DNA of 64,000 bases from Epithemia pelagica (GCA_946965045.2 OX337236.1:1550001-1614000), one strand, 5' to 3'. Numbered from the stretch's first letter, positions 34,606 through 43,571 are shown. Program-made: numbers and translations. The notes: generated by a model not told the origin, from the sequence alone.

Positions 34606-34640
34606 CTGAAACAACAGCAGCCGAAGAAGAAGAAGAACTG
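32451..34640 (+). repeat. Compound minisatellite: constant ~50-bp unit interrupted by a variable (GAA)n tract; ~25 units plus 2 degenerate copies
   Basis: Unit GCAACCTGAAACAACAGCAGCC-(GAA)n-GAGAGTCGCCGTCATCCTCCCAACCCTT, counted by hand; longest GAA/GAAAAA tract at ~32605-32748. Confidence 0.97.
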
Positions 34641-34709
34641 TCGTCTCGTATCATTGTCGATCACCTCGTCCATCTCCTCGTCTGTCTCGTTCGCTGTGTC
34701 GTCAACACG

Positions 34710-37700
34710 ATGAAAGATCCTCCATCAAAGAAGCTTTACGACAAGGTTATCCAGGAATTCGCGCATCGCGTCACTCCGAGTGGCTTTCCATGGAGAGGCA
34801 ATTGGATCGTTGATGAGCAGATTGCATTATTCTTGGCGCAATGGGTACCCGACCTAAAAAGTGCGTACGAGCTCAACCAAGCTCTGATGCGTTCAGCCTC
34901 ATTGAAAATTTTACTTCAGCAGAAGTCACGCAACGAAAAGGGTGTCTATCGATTTCAATTTCGGTGCCGTGAAGGAAGGAAGTGTTTCTATTTTGTCGCA
35001 TCAAACGATGAACCACCCAACTTCAAACATACTGCTGATGAGTGGAAGGCCTTTGCGTCCACGATATACTATCGAGCAAGCTCACGGAACAGGAACAAAC
35101 GGAAAAACCAAGCCACACCATCCAAAGATGATGATACCATTTCGACGTGTAGCGAAACAGTCGTCACGACACCAACAGATGCATCCAGTCATGTTGAACA
35201 TGGCGACAGAGTACCAAGCCCAGGAAGTCTATCAAACGAAAGTATCCCGGAGAACAACAGCAACAGTGATGATACGAACAATGGTTCCAGCAATCAAACA
35301 AATTTCTCGTCTATCCAGCATGTTGTTGCGATGGGTGTCTGCAATTTCTTTGGTGGAAGACGAGGACATGGTGGTGAATTAACAAGAGACAAGTTGGAGA
35401 GATGGATCAAAAGCCTTCTCGAAGCTGAGAACTCGTATGACAAGATGATGCGTATGGTGAACAAGGCAAACGAAGAACCTCCACCACGAGCCTGGATCCC
35501 AAAGATCCTGACAAAAGCTCGTATGCTCCGACGGGCGTATCAGCTTGCGCTGCAAACGATGGAGGCAGGTGCAACATGGGGTTCATGCTGTGATACGGTC
35601 ATCGCTGAGTTCAGACACACGAATGCTAACTTATCAGTTTTGCGCAATTCTCGGACACTGCAAGAATGGAATATACAGTTCCGAACGCGGGAAGGCTTCC
35701 CTCATCCGAGCCCATATGTTGAGAGAGGCAAAAGACCGTGCCCCTTCCTTTTTGAAATATTTCCTGAAGCCCTTAAAACCTTTCAAGATTGGGCAAGCAA
35801 GCGCCTTGAAGAACTGTCCTGTGAACTGGCGGCTGGCTACATCAGGGCGCAACTGATCCCGGCAATATATGAGAAGGAGCGTGCTAACCGTCGGGAGCAG
35901 GATCGTGTGCTCACTCTGGATGAATTTAGGTCTTCAATCAGGATGACAACTGTTTCATTTTCCACAGCTTCAAGAATCCTAAGCTTTGCTGGTTTCCGCT
36001 TCTCCGACACCAAGAAGACCTATTACAACGATCGGCATGAGCACCCAGAAAACGTGGACTTTGAGGTGGAAAAACTTGCGCACCGGTGGGTCCAGATTCC
36101 AGTCGAAGAGGCAATCAGACTCGAGAATTGCGACAGTGCTTCGCGTCTCATGAAAGATGTCTGGGCGTTTGAGTTCACCGACCCAAAGAACAACAAACGA
36201 ATGCGCGAATACCACATCGATTGTTTCCCAGAAGTCTTCTTTGAGTACGTCAAAGAAGAGAACAAGCCTTTTGGGGGGAACTTGTCGCACAAATTCCCCA
36301 GCACTGATCGTCGCCCTGTCATGATCATTGGCCAAGATGAAGCCGTCTTCAAGCAGTGGTCATTTTCCAAGAAGTCGTGGCATGACCACAGAGGGCGTGG
36401 ATTACTTTTACCGAAAGATGATGGACATGGCATCATGCTAAGTGCATTTGTCGGTCGAGTTTGGGGATTCTACTTGGACAATGAGGGTGAAGTTTCCATG
36501 CTCACTCGGGATGTGATTGCGGAGATCAACAATGCACGGAGAGATCAGGTGTACTTGGCCAAGGACTCAGCACAAAAAGTTCTTGGCGGTTGCGCGAAGC
36601 GACTACAACAAATTACGGACGCAAGCCCTTTCTGCACATTTTTTGACTACGGTACAAATAACGATGGCTATTGGACCTACGACACAATGGCATTGCAACT
36701 CGAGGACTTAGTTGATTGTTTGAAAGTCCTTTTCCCAGACTTTGACTTTGTCTTTCTTTTTGATCACAGCAGCAATCACGGAAAGAAACAGCAAGATGGC
36801 CTCAATGAGAAAGGGATGAATATAGATTGGGGCGGTGCAGTGGCAAAGATGCATGATACCGTTGTTGAGTCTGTTGGGCCATTCACGCACCCACACTGCC
36901 TTCAACCTGGGTCGACACAATGCATGATCTACACGGAAGAGGATCGTGGTCCTTTCTCGTACAAGCAGTCTCCGCTCACAGATGAGCAGCGAGAAACTAT
37001 GAAGTATGATCGTGTGAACCCAGATGAAACAAAGAAACACAATATCACCAAACAAGAACTGGTGAATCAGCTGGTTCAGAACGAAATTGCACAAGGAGCT
37101 CATTTCGGTGATCGAGACGTCCAAGCCTACCTATCGAAGTCCTTTTCTCAGCTCCAAGGTATGTCAAGAGCAAAAGAACTTCCCGTGGAGGAGCAGCGAC
37201 CTGTGATGGAGCAGGGATGGCTTGGGCAACCAAAGGGTCTGATGCAAGTGCTGTGGGAGCGCGGGTTCATTGACCCGGCAAACGCCAAGAAGTACGTCAA
37301 GGACAAGCGTGCAGCGTGGTTAGATGAGACAGGCAAGGAGGTCCGAGACGACAAGATCGCAGAGTACCAAAAGTATTCCCTGACTTACCTCATGGGAAAA
37401 TGCGAGGACTTCAAGGAAGAGAAGTCAGCACTGGAACAGCTTGCAGCAGATCTCTCGACCCGATACAATAGGATGATTAGAATCATGGCATCAACCAAGT
37501 TCCACTGCGAGTTTGCTGGCGAAGGAATAGAATATGGCTGGGGCTTTGCAAAAAGAGTGTTCCGAAGCATGAAGAGGTTGGAGAAAGACTCAAAAGACAA
37601 CTTCGTGTCGTGTGTGCGAAAGAGTATTGACAAAGTCTCGTTGAGCACAATGCGTAAGTTTGGAGCAAAAGCACGGCGGTACATGCTAACGTACCACTTG

Positions 37701-37865
37701 TTTGACAATCACAGAACAGATGCAATGTTTGAAAGTGATGGTCTATCATACGCAGAGATTGAAAAGTATGTCGATCGAACGATGAAGACCCATCGTTGCA
37801 CTCTTGATCAGGAGCATTCATTCATTCAGAAAGCCTGGAAAGAGTCACAAGAAGCTGAACGATGA
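34710..37865 (+). CDS. IS630/Tc1/mariner-related DDE transposase (long D-E spacing); frame is open from 34362 through degenerate repeats
   Basis: YYNDRHEH, IGQDEAVF (D at 36336), FLFDHSSNH (D at 36762), GWLGQPKGLMQVLWERG, TKFHCEFAGEGIEYGWGFAKR (E at 37530). Confidence 0.88.
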   Translation: MKDPPSKKLYDKVIQEFAHRVTPSGFPWRGNWIVDEQIALFLAQWVPDLKSAYELNQALMRSASLKILLQQKSRNEKGVYRFQFRCREGRKCFYFVASNDEPPNFKHTADEWKAFASTIYYRASSRNRNKRKNQATPSKDDDTISTCSETVVTTPTDASSHVEHGDRVPSPGSLSNESIPENNSNSDDTNNGSSNQTNFSSIQHVVAMGVCNFFGGRRGHGGELTRDKLERWIKSLLEAENSYDKMMRMVNKANEEPPPRAWIPKILTKARMLRRAYQLALQTMEAGATWGSCCDTVIAEFRHTNANLSVLRNSRTLQEWNIQFRTREGFPHPSPYVERGKRPCPFLFEIFPEALKTFQDWASKRLEELSCELAAGYIRAQLIPAIYEKERANRREQDRVLTLDEFRSSIRMTTVSFSTASRILSFAGFRFSDTKKTYYNDRHEHPENVDFEVEKLAHRWVQIPVEEAIRLENCDSASRLMKDVWAFEFTDPKNNKRMREYHIDCFPEVFFEYVKEENKPFGGNLSHKFPSTDRRPVMIIGQDEAVFKQWSFSKKSWHDHRGRGLLLPKDDGHGIMLSAFVGRVWGFYLDNEGEVSMLTRDVIAEINNARRDQVYLAKDSAQKVLGGCAKRLQQITDASPFCTFFDYGTNNDGYWTYDTMALQLEDLVDCLKVLFPDFDFVFLFDHSSNHGKKQQDGLNEKGMNIDWGGAVAKMHDTVVESVGPFTHPHCLQPGSTQCMIYTEEDRGPFSYKQSPLTDEQRETMKYDRVNPDETKKHNITKQELVNQLVQNEIAQGAHFGDRDVQAYLSKSFSQLQGMSRAKELPVEEQRPVMEQGWLGQPKGLMQVLWERGFIDPANAKKYVKDKRAAWLDETGKEVRDDKIAEYQKYSLTYLMGKCEDFKEEKSALEQLAADLSTRYNRMIRIMASTKFHCEFAGEGIEYGWGFAKRVFRSMKRLEKDSKDNFVSCVRKSIDKVSLSTMRKFGAKARRYMLTYHLFDNHRTDAMFESDGLSYAEIEKYVDRTMKTHRCTLDQEHSFIQKAWKESQEAER

Positions 37866-38048
37866 AACCAAGACTATATAGATAAATATCATAGCGTTGT
37901 TTTATCTGCATGAACTACTACTAGACAACAAGACTTTCACCTGATCTATAAAAGGAAACCTTGGACAACGCGGGACATTGAGGTTCTGGCTAAAATATCA
38001 AAATGGTGCTGTACAGTATATACTGGAAAATAGCTTAGTCATTCTCAT

Positions 38049-38130
38049 TTCTGTATGGTATAGTGGTAGAGCGCCACCATGACGGTGAACCCGTCAGCAG
38101 GAGGTCAGGGGATCGATTCCCTCAGGCAAC
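38049..38130 (+). other. tRNA-like sequence with Pol III A and B boxes (tRNA pseudogene or SINE head)
   Basis: A box TGGTATAGTGG 38056-38066 followed by TAGAGCG, B box GGATCGATTCC 38110-38120 in a T-arm-like context, internal hairpin TGACGG-TGAAC-CCGTCA. Acceptor and D stems pair poorly, so not a functional tRNA. Confidence 0.55.
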
Positions 38131-38455
38131 TTTAAGTTCAAGATCCCCGATTCTCGGTGGGCCGCCATATTTGGGGTTTATGGTACAAGACGTTTCCCCG
38201 CTGTCGAGAGAGTCCCCCCTTCATCAGATTTGCGTACAGCAGCCGGCCGCTTGGTCCTTGTGTATAGACACTCAGGGACCCACCTCCTCCGTTGCGCACA
38301 TCATTCTTTTGTGTCGGCTGATAAACTAGTCAAATGTGCTTATTCAATTGGGGTTTGAGACAATTATAATTTTATCTACTCCGGTCTCTAATCCCTAGTT
38401 CCGGATGAAAAGTTATTCAGTCATCACGATTAGGCTGACGTTCGTGGTTATTTCT

Positions 38456-39700
38456 TCAGCATCGAGGTTCATCCGGTTCACTATTGCTTGCTGTTCGATT
38501 CTCATCCTCACCAACATTGGAGGAAGACGGCTTCTCCGGATGGGGCCTCTCCATCTCCGTCGGTTTCTGTAATGGTACCCTCCACGAGTTCGGCTTCTGC
38601 TTCTTCCTCATCATCGTCCTCGTCGACTCTTTCCGTACTGTAGGTATTCTCCGATGGATGCACTTCATTAGATTGCCAGTTCCGAGCTGGTACCAGCTGT
38701 GGATCTCACACGGTGGGTTGTTTTCAGTTGCGTTTTCCTCGACCCGTTTGTTCGGGTGACTCAACTTCTTGGCCCGTCCATGTATTGGACAGTTTGGACA
38801 GCTCCAAATTGCGTTTCTTGTTGCTGCTGTTGTTGTTATTTGTAGTACTGCGTAATGACAAATCCATCGGTTGGTTGTCATCTTCGGATGCTTCGTCCGA
38901 TGCACTCCTTGGTTTGGAATCCACCACAACAACAGGCGCATCTTTGTTTGAGTTTGTAGTCTCGGTTGCGTCCACTTCCATGGATTCCGTATCGTTTGAC
39001 TGTTTCTCTGTACTAGGTTGTTGTTGTGATTTGGGAGTGTCCACATCCATTGATTCCACAGGATCCGACTGTTTCTCTGTAATGGTTTGTATCAATCAAG
39101 CGTTGTTGGACAATCGTACCCGACTCAGAATCCAAGACAAATTCCGATTGCAAGGCCAATTGCAGTGGAAACGACGACGACGACGATGGATTGCTGGCAC
39201 TGTCCTGATTCATTGTACCAAAGGGCAATGGTGTCCCCAACCACGAGGGTGCGGGAGGCAATCCGGGAGGTGTCAAGACGACACGCAAATTCAAGATCAA
39301 GCGATATCGTATGGTACCACGATCCGTCCATTCCACACGCGTCGTGACGGGTTGTTCTTGTGATTGTTTCGGTCGGCTGGATTGGAGGTTGCTGCCGACG
39401 ACGACGATGCAAAGACCAATCGTCCACTTTGCAAGTTCGACTGCAATTGACCAATCCAAAACCCGACAACTTGTGCGTAGGGCGATTTACCTCGAACCAG
39501 GCCAGCATAGACATCGGTAGCCTGTTGCGGCGGATTGGCCGTTTGGGACGACAATTCATTGACATCATTGGCCCCACAATTGTATTGATTGTAATAATCC
39601 GAGTGATAGAGTCGACCATCTTGGTTGTTGTCGTCGTCAACACGAATTTGAGGATGTGAATGAATGAGGCCACAAAAACTGATTCCAATACCAATCGCTC
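38456..39700 (-). pseudogene. Frameshifted, apparently chimeric protein-coding fragments inside the transposon
   Basis: Protein-like segments in different frames (DGRLYHSDYY..AQVVGFW; VEWTDRGTIRYRLILNL..LQSEFVLDSESGTIVQQRL; TEKQSDPVESMDVD; ERVDEDDEEEAEAE) with no continuous ORF or clear introns. Confidence 0.4.
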
Positions 39701-39861
39701 CCAGACATCCCCATCACAGAAAATTTTTCATTTCGAGAAATTGACGCTTACGAGGAGTATTTTTTGGCGCGTGGTAGACTTCAGAGAACCTATTCTAGCT
39801 TAAAATAAAGAAAAAAGAAATGTCCCATTCTTGCGGATATTGAATCTGTCAATCAACCACG

Positions 39862-40953
39862 ATGGTAGCAACGCGCAGCAGTTCCGTTCCAAAGGGAAAG
39901 AGGCCTACTACGGCCATGGCAAACGACAACAAGGGACGACAGAAACCTTCAGCTGTCAAGGTTGCAAGGCAGAGCAAGCCGCCACCTCCAGCATCGTCGA
40001 AGTTGAAACCTCCTGCAGCATCGTCGACGACACCACAAGTTGACAAGGAGGAGGTGGAAGCGCTATCCAATTTGAAATGGTTGCAACTGCAGCCGAATCG
40101 ATTATACTCAACAAAGCCGAAGGAAGTGAGGGAACGCTACCGAAAGCAACAACAAAAAGCGCAAGTTCCCAAGAATGCTGTGACGCCATCCAAGCTCATG
40201 AGGAAGCTGGACGCGCTCTGCAACGGCACTCCAGCAGGAAGGGAGGCGATGCAACAATACATCGCAAAACACATAAAACATGTCGTCAATATACAGGGTG
40301 CCACTGTGAGAAAGGGTCCTACCCCCAAAAATTCTCGCAGCAAGGGCGAGTTCAAGCCAGTTGGTACGTGTCTCCAACCGTCCAACAAAATCAAGAACGA
40401 GAAACGTTGCAAGGGGAAGAATGTGAAGAAGAAGAAGAATCTTGTCTTCTCCGGTACCTACATGATTGATCTGAACGATAAGAACAATCAACACTACGAG
40501 GCCTTTGTCCGCTACAAGGACTATTGCGGAGACATGGTGACCGGTTTGAAGAAAAGGCATTCGGAGTATGCCATCAGGACAAGAGGCAAGACGCCTGTCA
40601 CGTTTGAGGCTTCGCCCGCGGATCTATGGATGGGCCTTCACTTCCTCAATGATCCCAACTTTGCACTGTATGGGACAGGCCAGAAGGTTGATGGGGAGAA
40701 CAGCCAATACAATGTCACCATTGATGGAAATCTCAAGGTGACGGCCTTGCGCGATATAAGAAAAAACGAAGAGCTGTTCCTTTTCTACAACCTGGACGGC
40801 AACGACAAGGACGAGGATGACCACGACAAGGACGAGGATGACCACGAGGACGAGGATGACCACGAGGACGAGGAAGACGACGAGGACGACGAGGACAAGG
40901 ATGACCACGAGGACGAGGAAGACGACGAGGACGACGAGGACGAGGATATCTGA
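39862..40953 (+). CDS. Transposon cargo: divergent SET-domain protein with basic N-terminus and D/E/H-repeat acidic tail
   Basis: WMGLHFLNDP..YNVTIDGNLKVTALRDIRKNEELFLFYN matches the SET C-terminal motifs (F.NH-type, A.RDI..GEEL..DY); intronless intact ORF. Confidence 0.7.
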   Translation: MVATRSSSVPKGKRPTTAMANDNKGRQKPSAVKVARQSKPPPPASSKLKPPAASSTTPQVDKEEVEALSNLKWLQLQPNRLYSTKPKEVRERYRKQQQKAQVPKNAVTPSKLMRKLDALCNGTPAGREAMQQYIAKHIKHVVNIQGATVRKGPTPKNSRSKGEFKPVGTCLQPSNKIKNEKRCKGKNVKKKKNLVFSGTYMIDLNDKNNQHYEAFVRYKDYCGDMVTGLKKRHSEYAIRTRGKTPVTFEASPADLWMGLHFLNDPNFALYGTGQKVDGENSQYNVTIDGNLKVTALRDIRKNEELFLFYNLDGNDKDEDDHDKDEDDHEDEDDHEDEEDDEDDEDKDDHEDEEDDEDDEDEDI

Positions 40954-41030
40954 GCTGCTACAAATGAACTTACGAGTAGAATCATATGTCTTACTATAAA
41001 TACTACTACTACTTACTGTTTCTTGTGTCG

Positions 41031-41907
41031 TTAGTCAAAGTAGTAGTCCTGACTGAAACCGCAGTCCTGCGTTTCTTCGAAGCCATCGTCAATAAATGAA
41101 TCGACCGTCGCGTCGTCATCCATGTCATCATCCACGAGGCCTTGGCGCTCCGAAGTTAGACACTGGGGCGGTGACGGCTTGTATACCAAACCTCCAGCCT
41201 CATACTTCACGTGATTCTCCGCTTGGAGACGATAGATCGCATGCTTCTCACCCGGGGTCATGGCGACCCAAGTCTTGTTGGACGCCATGGCCGTCGCTTC
41301 CGACAGCGGTGCCGAAGTCACCGTATTGGTCTTGGAGGGCGTTGCATGTGGTTTCGAGGGCGTTTTCTCGTGAAAAGAAACAACTTCAAAAGCAAGCAAT
41401 GTCAGATATTTCTGTGCGATTCGTCCAAACAGTTTTCGGCATACCTTGTTGTTTCTTGTCTCTTTCGTTCGCGTCAATATAGTCCTTCTTGTCGTTGCGA
41501 GTGCCATTTGTACTAGCATCAGTATCGTTGAGTGCCTGGACAATATCGGCAAAGGAGATTTTGCCTGCTTTGTTGTGTTTACGGCAGATGGCAAGCCTGG
41601 TCGTCCCATTCTCATCACTGAGAATGAGCTGCCACTGCGTTGCCTCCGCCAGAGCAGCCTTAAACTTCTCCTCCTTGTCATTTGCTCCGATTGGAGCAAA
41701 TGTCTTGATTGAAGGCGTCGGTGACTTGGACGGCTTCTTCGGCGTGTTCGACGTCTTCGCCTTTTTATTTGGCGTCTTTCTGGGTGTCTTGCGCGGCGCT
41801 TCCACAGCCGAGTTCTCCGGAATCCCATCCATTGGATGGGCCGAAAGCATCGCGCGTCGAGCGGCCCGGGCAGCTCGGTCACTGGTGGGGGCAGCGGTGG
41901 TTGTCAT
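41031..41907 (-). CDS. Transposon cargo: basic protein with a partial HMG-box-like helix, 2 exons
   Basis: GT-AG intron 41384-41444 joins ORFs 41386-41991 and 41031-41882 in frame. KTWVAMTPGEKHAIYRLQAENHVKYE resembles HMG-box helix 3 (W..LS.EEK..Y...A....Y); K/TP-rich N-terminus. Confidence 0.55.
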
Positions 41908-42223
41908 CGTTATCGTCGCACTTGTCGTTTTCACAAGTTTGTGGGGTTTTGCTCTCGCAAGTTTGTGGGACAAAAATGGCGTGAGAGGCATAGATGAAGA
42001 GTGGGCATGCTCGGATTGAACGACTGAACATACTCGCAGTACTTAGGCCAACGGATCGCCGTACTTAGGCCAACGGATCCATGGTGCGCGCAAGATATCC
42101 CCAACCCGTGAGATGGTGCCACTTTTTGGAGCCATCCGCAAACGAAACGCAAATTGAATCAAACACACGACAATCAAACAGTGCCAACAGCACAGAGCAC
42201 CGCCCACTTACAAGGATCTTACC

Positions 42224-42721
42224 ATGGAGGGAGTAGACTTCTTTTTCAACCAGGAGTTGGCCGATGGCGACGTCGAAAACGGTGCTGTTGGGTTTCGCAC
42301 GTCGTTCTACGCCCGGCGGGTAAATGTTCTCCTTGCTCCTATCACCGAGGAGCATGGCGAAAGCGGCCGGAATGTTGTTGACCGTGGGCATGTCCTCCTA
42401 CAGCGGGAGGTCGCCACGGACTACCTACGCTTAGCCTTCTACAAGAGGGAAGCTCGGACGGAGCATTCCGATCCATTGGTTGTGCTTCCCGTTGGCTTCA
42501 TTGCTAAGATTGCAATGAAGAAAGCCGCTTCGCCTACAGATAGTGAAAAGAAGAAGGGACGGATTCGATTCTATACGCGGTGTTTGATCGACACGAAGAT
42601 GTGCATGGATCCGATGGTGGTCACAGTGTACATGGAGATCGCGGACATGCACCATCTCCACGCTACACTTGGCTCTATGACGACGAAATTCCCCAATCAG
42701 AAGCTCTTATTTGATGTCTAG
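42224..42721 (+). CDS. Transposon cargo: orphan 165-aa globular protein (weak PH-fold-like pattern)
   Basis: ATG-initiated intact ORF with natural composition, alternating hydrophobic strands and a C-terminal helix; family not recognised. Confidence 0.5.
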   Translation: MEGVDFFFNQELADGDVENGAVGFRTSFYARRVNVLLAPITEEHGESGRNVVDRGHVLLQREVATDYLRLAFYKREARTEHSDPLVVLPVGFIAKIAMKKAASPTDSEKKKGRIRFYTRCLIDTKMCMDPMVVTVYMEIADMHHLHATLGSMTTKFPNQKLLFDV

Positions 42722-42931
42722 ACTAACAACTATATACAGGTGAATGGTTACCGACCACAGGTCTTGCCTATAGAGCCATTAAGGGCATCATTTTCGACGT
42801 TGTATCAGAGTTTTGCCATGGCCATGGCGTCGTCTCCACAAAAGGAAGGGGGCCTATATCGCGACTATAGATTTTTGTGTAGGAATGCCACGTGAGCGTG
42901 TCAGTACAGAATTTTTTCACTCTAATATTCT

Positions 42932-42961
42932 CATGCAGGTTTCGTCTCGAACCAGCTTGTA
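42932..42961 (+). repeat. Right 28-bp TIR and TA TSD of the large Tc1/mariner-type element
   Basis: CATGCAGGTTTCGTCTCGAACCAGCTTG+TA is the exact reverse complement of 32104-32133. Confidence 0.93.
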
Positions 42962-42965
42962 GCTA

Positions 42966-43571
42966 AGGGCTGGGTAAGCCGATCCATGTTCGGCTAAGTA
43001 GGCTCAGTACATTAATCTACGTAGAGTACATAAAATCAGATAGTACACGTCACGCCGGAAATGGTCGGAATTTCAAAAAAATGCAAAAACGCTCGACAAT
43101 GATGGCGAGATCCGGTGACGCCGTATGCATTCACCCATGCATCGCATAAACATCCGACCACCGTAAGTCCTTTGCCTTTACCTTTGAAATTGTTGTCTGA
43201 AATTACAGAAGATTTGCCAAGTTGGCTGAAAAGGTACGCTCATTTTTCTGCAGTGATGAAATCGAACGACCGCCCTAACTCATTCATTTTTCAAGGGTGC
43301 CTGAATCAAAGTGAAAGCAAAGTTGCTCTAGTAGTAAAGATTCTTATTGTAAAAGTGATTCAGGCAGGCTCAATTATCCAGGAAGTTATTGCCATGGGGG
43401 TGATGACCTCGACCATTGTCGAGTGATGGCTTCCAATTTGCATTGTTTCTCGTGGCAGCAAGTTTTCAATTTGAGACCATCCGCCCCACTTCTTACACAG
43501 ACGAAAATAGTACTACGTAGATCAATGTACTGAGCCTACTTAGCCGAACATGGATCGGCTTACCCAGCCCT
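42966..43571. mobile_element. Non-autonomous DNA transposon / MITE (606 bp)
   Basis: 59-bp TIRs with one mismatch (42966-43024; 43513-43571), starting AGGGCTGGGTAAGCCGATCC; flanked by TA at 42964-42965 and 43572-43573; no convincing internal ORF. Confidence 0.9.

Larger units (their letters stand above)
32106..42959 (+). mobile_element. Large (10,854 bp) IS630/Tc1/mariner-superfamily DNA transposon with cargo genes
   Basis: Perfect 28-bp TIR CAAGCTGGTTCGAGACGAAACCTGCATG at 32106-32133 with reverse complement at 42932-42959. Both ends are flanked by TA (32104-32105, 42960-42961). DDE transposase inside. Confidence 0.9.

Noticed and set aside
32434-34713. Poly-K, poly-E, poly-F, poly-L, poly-S and poly-H ORFs in the track
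   Set aside because: Translation artefacts of GAA and CAT repeats.
37990-38030. CTGTACAGTATATACTG as the right end of the Tc1-type element
   Set aside because: No matching left-end repeat; the true 28-bp TIR partner is at 42932-42959.
38049-38130. Functional tRNA gene
   Set aside because: Acceptor and D stems do not pair properly and no unambiguous 7-nt anticodon loop is present; kept only as tRNA-like.
43115-43426. 103-aa ORF inside the MITE as a transposase remnant
   Set aside because: Non-ATG start and no recognisable transposase motif.
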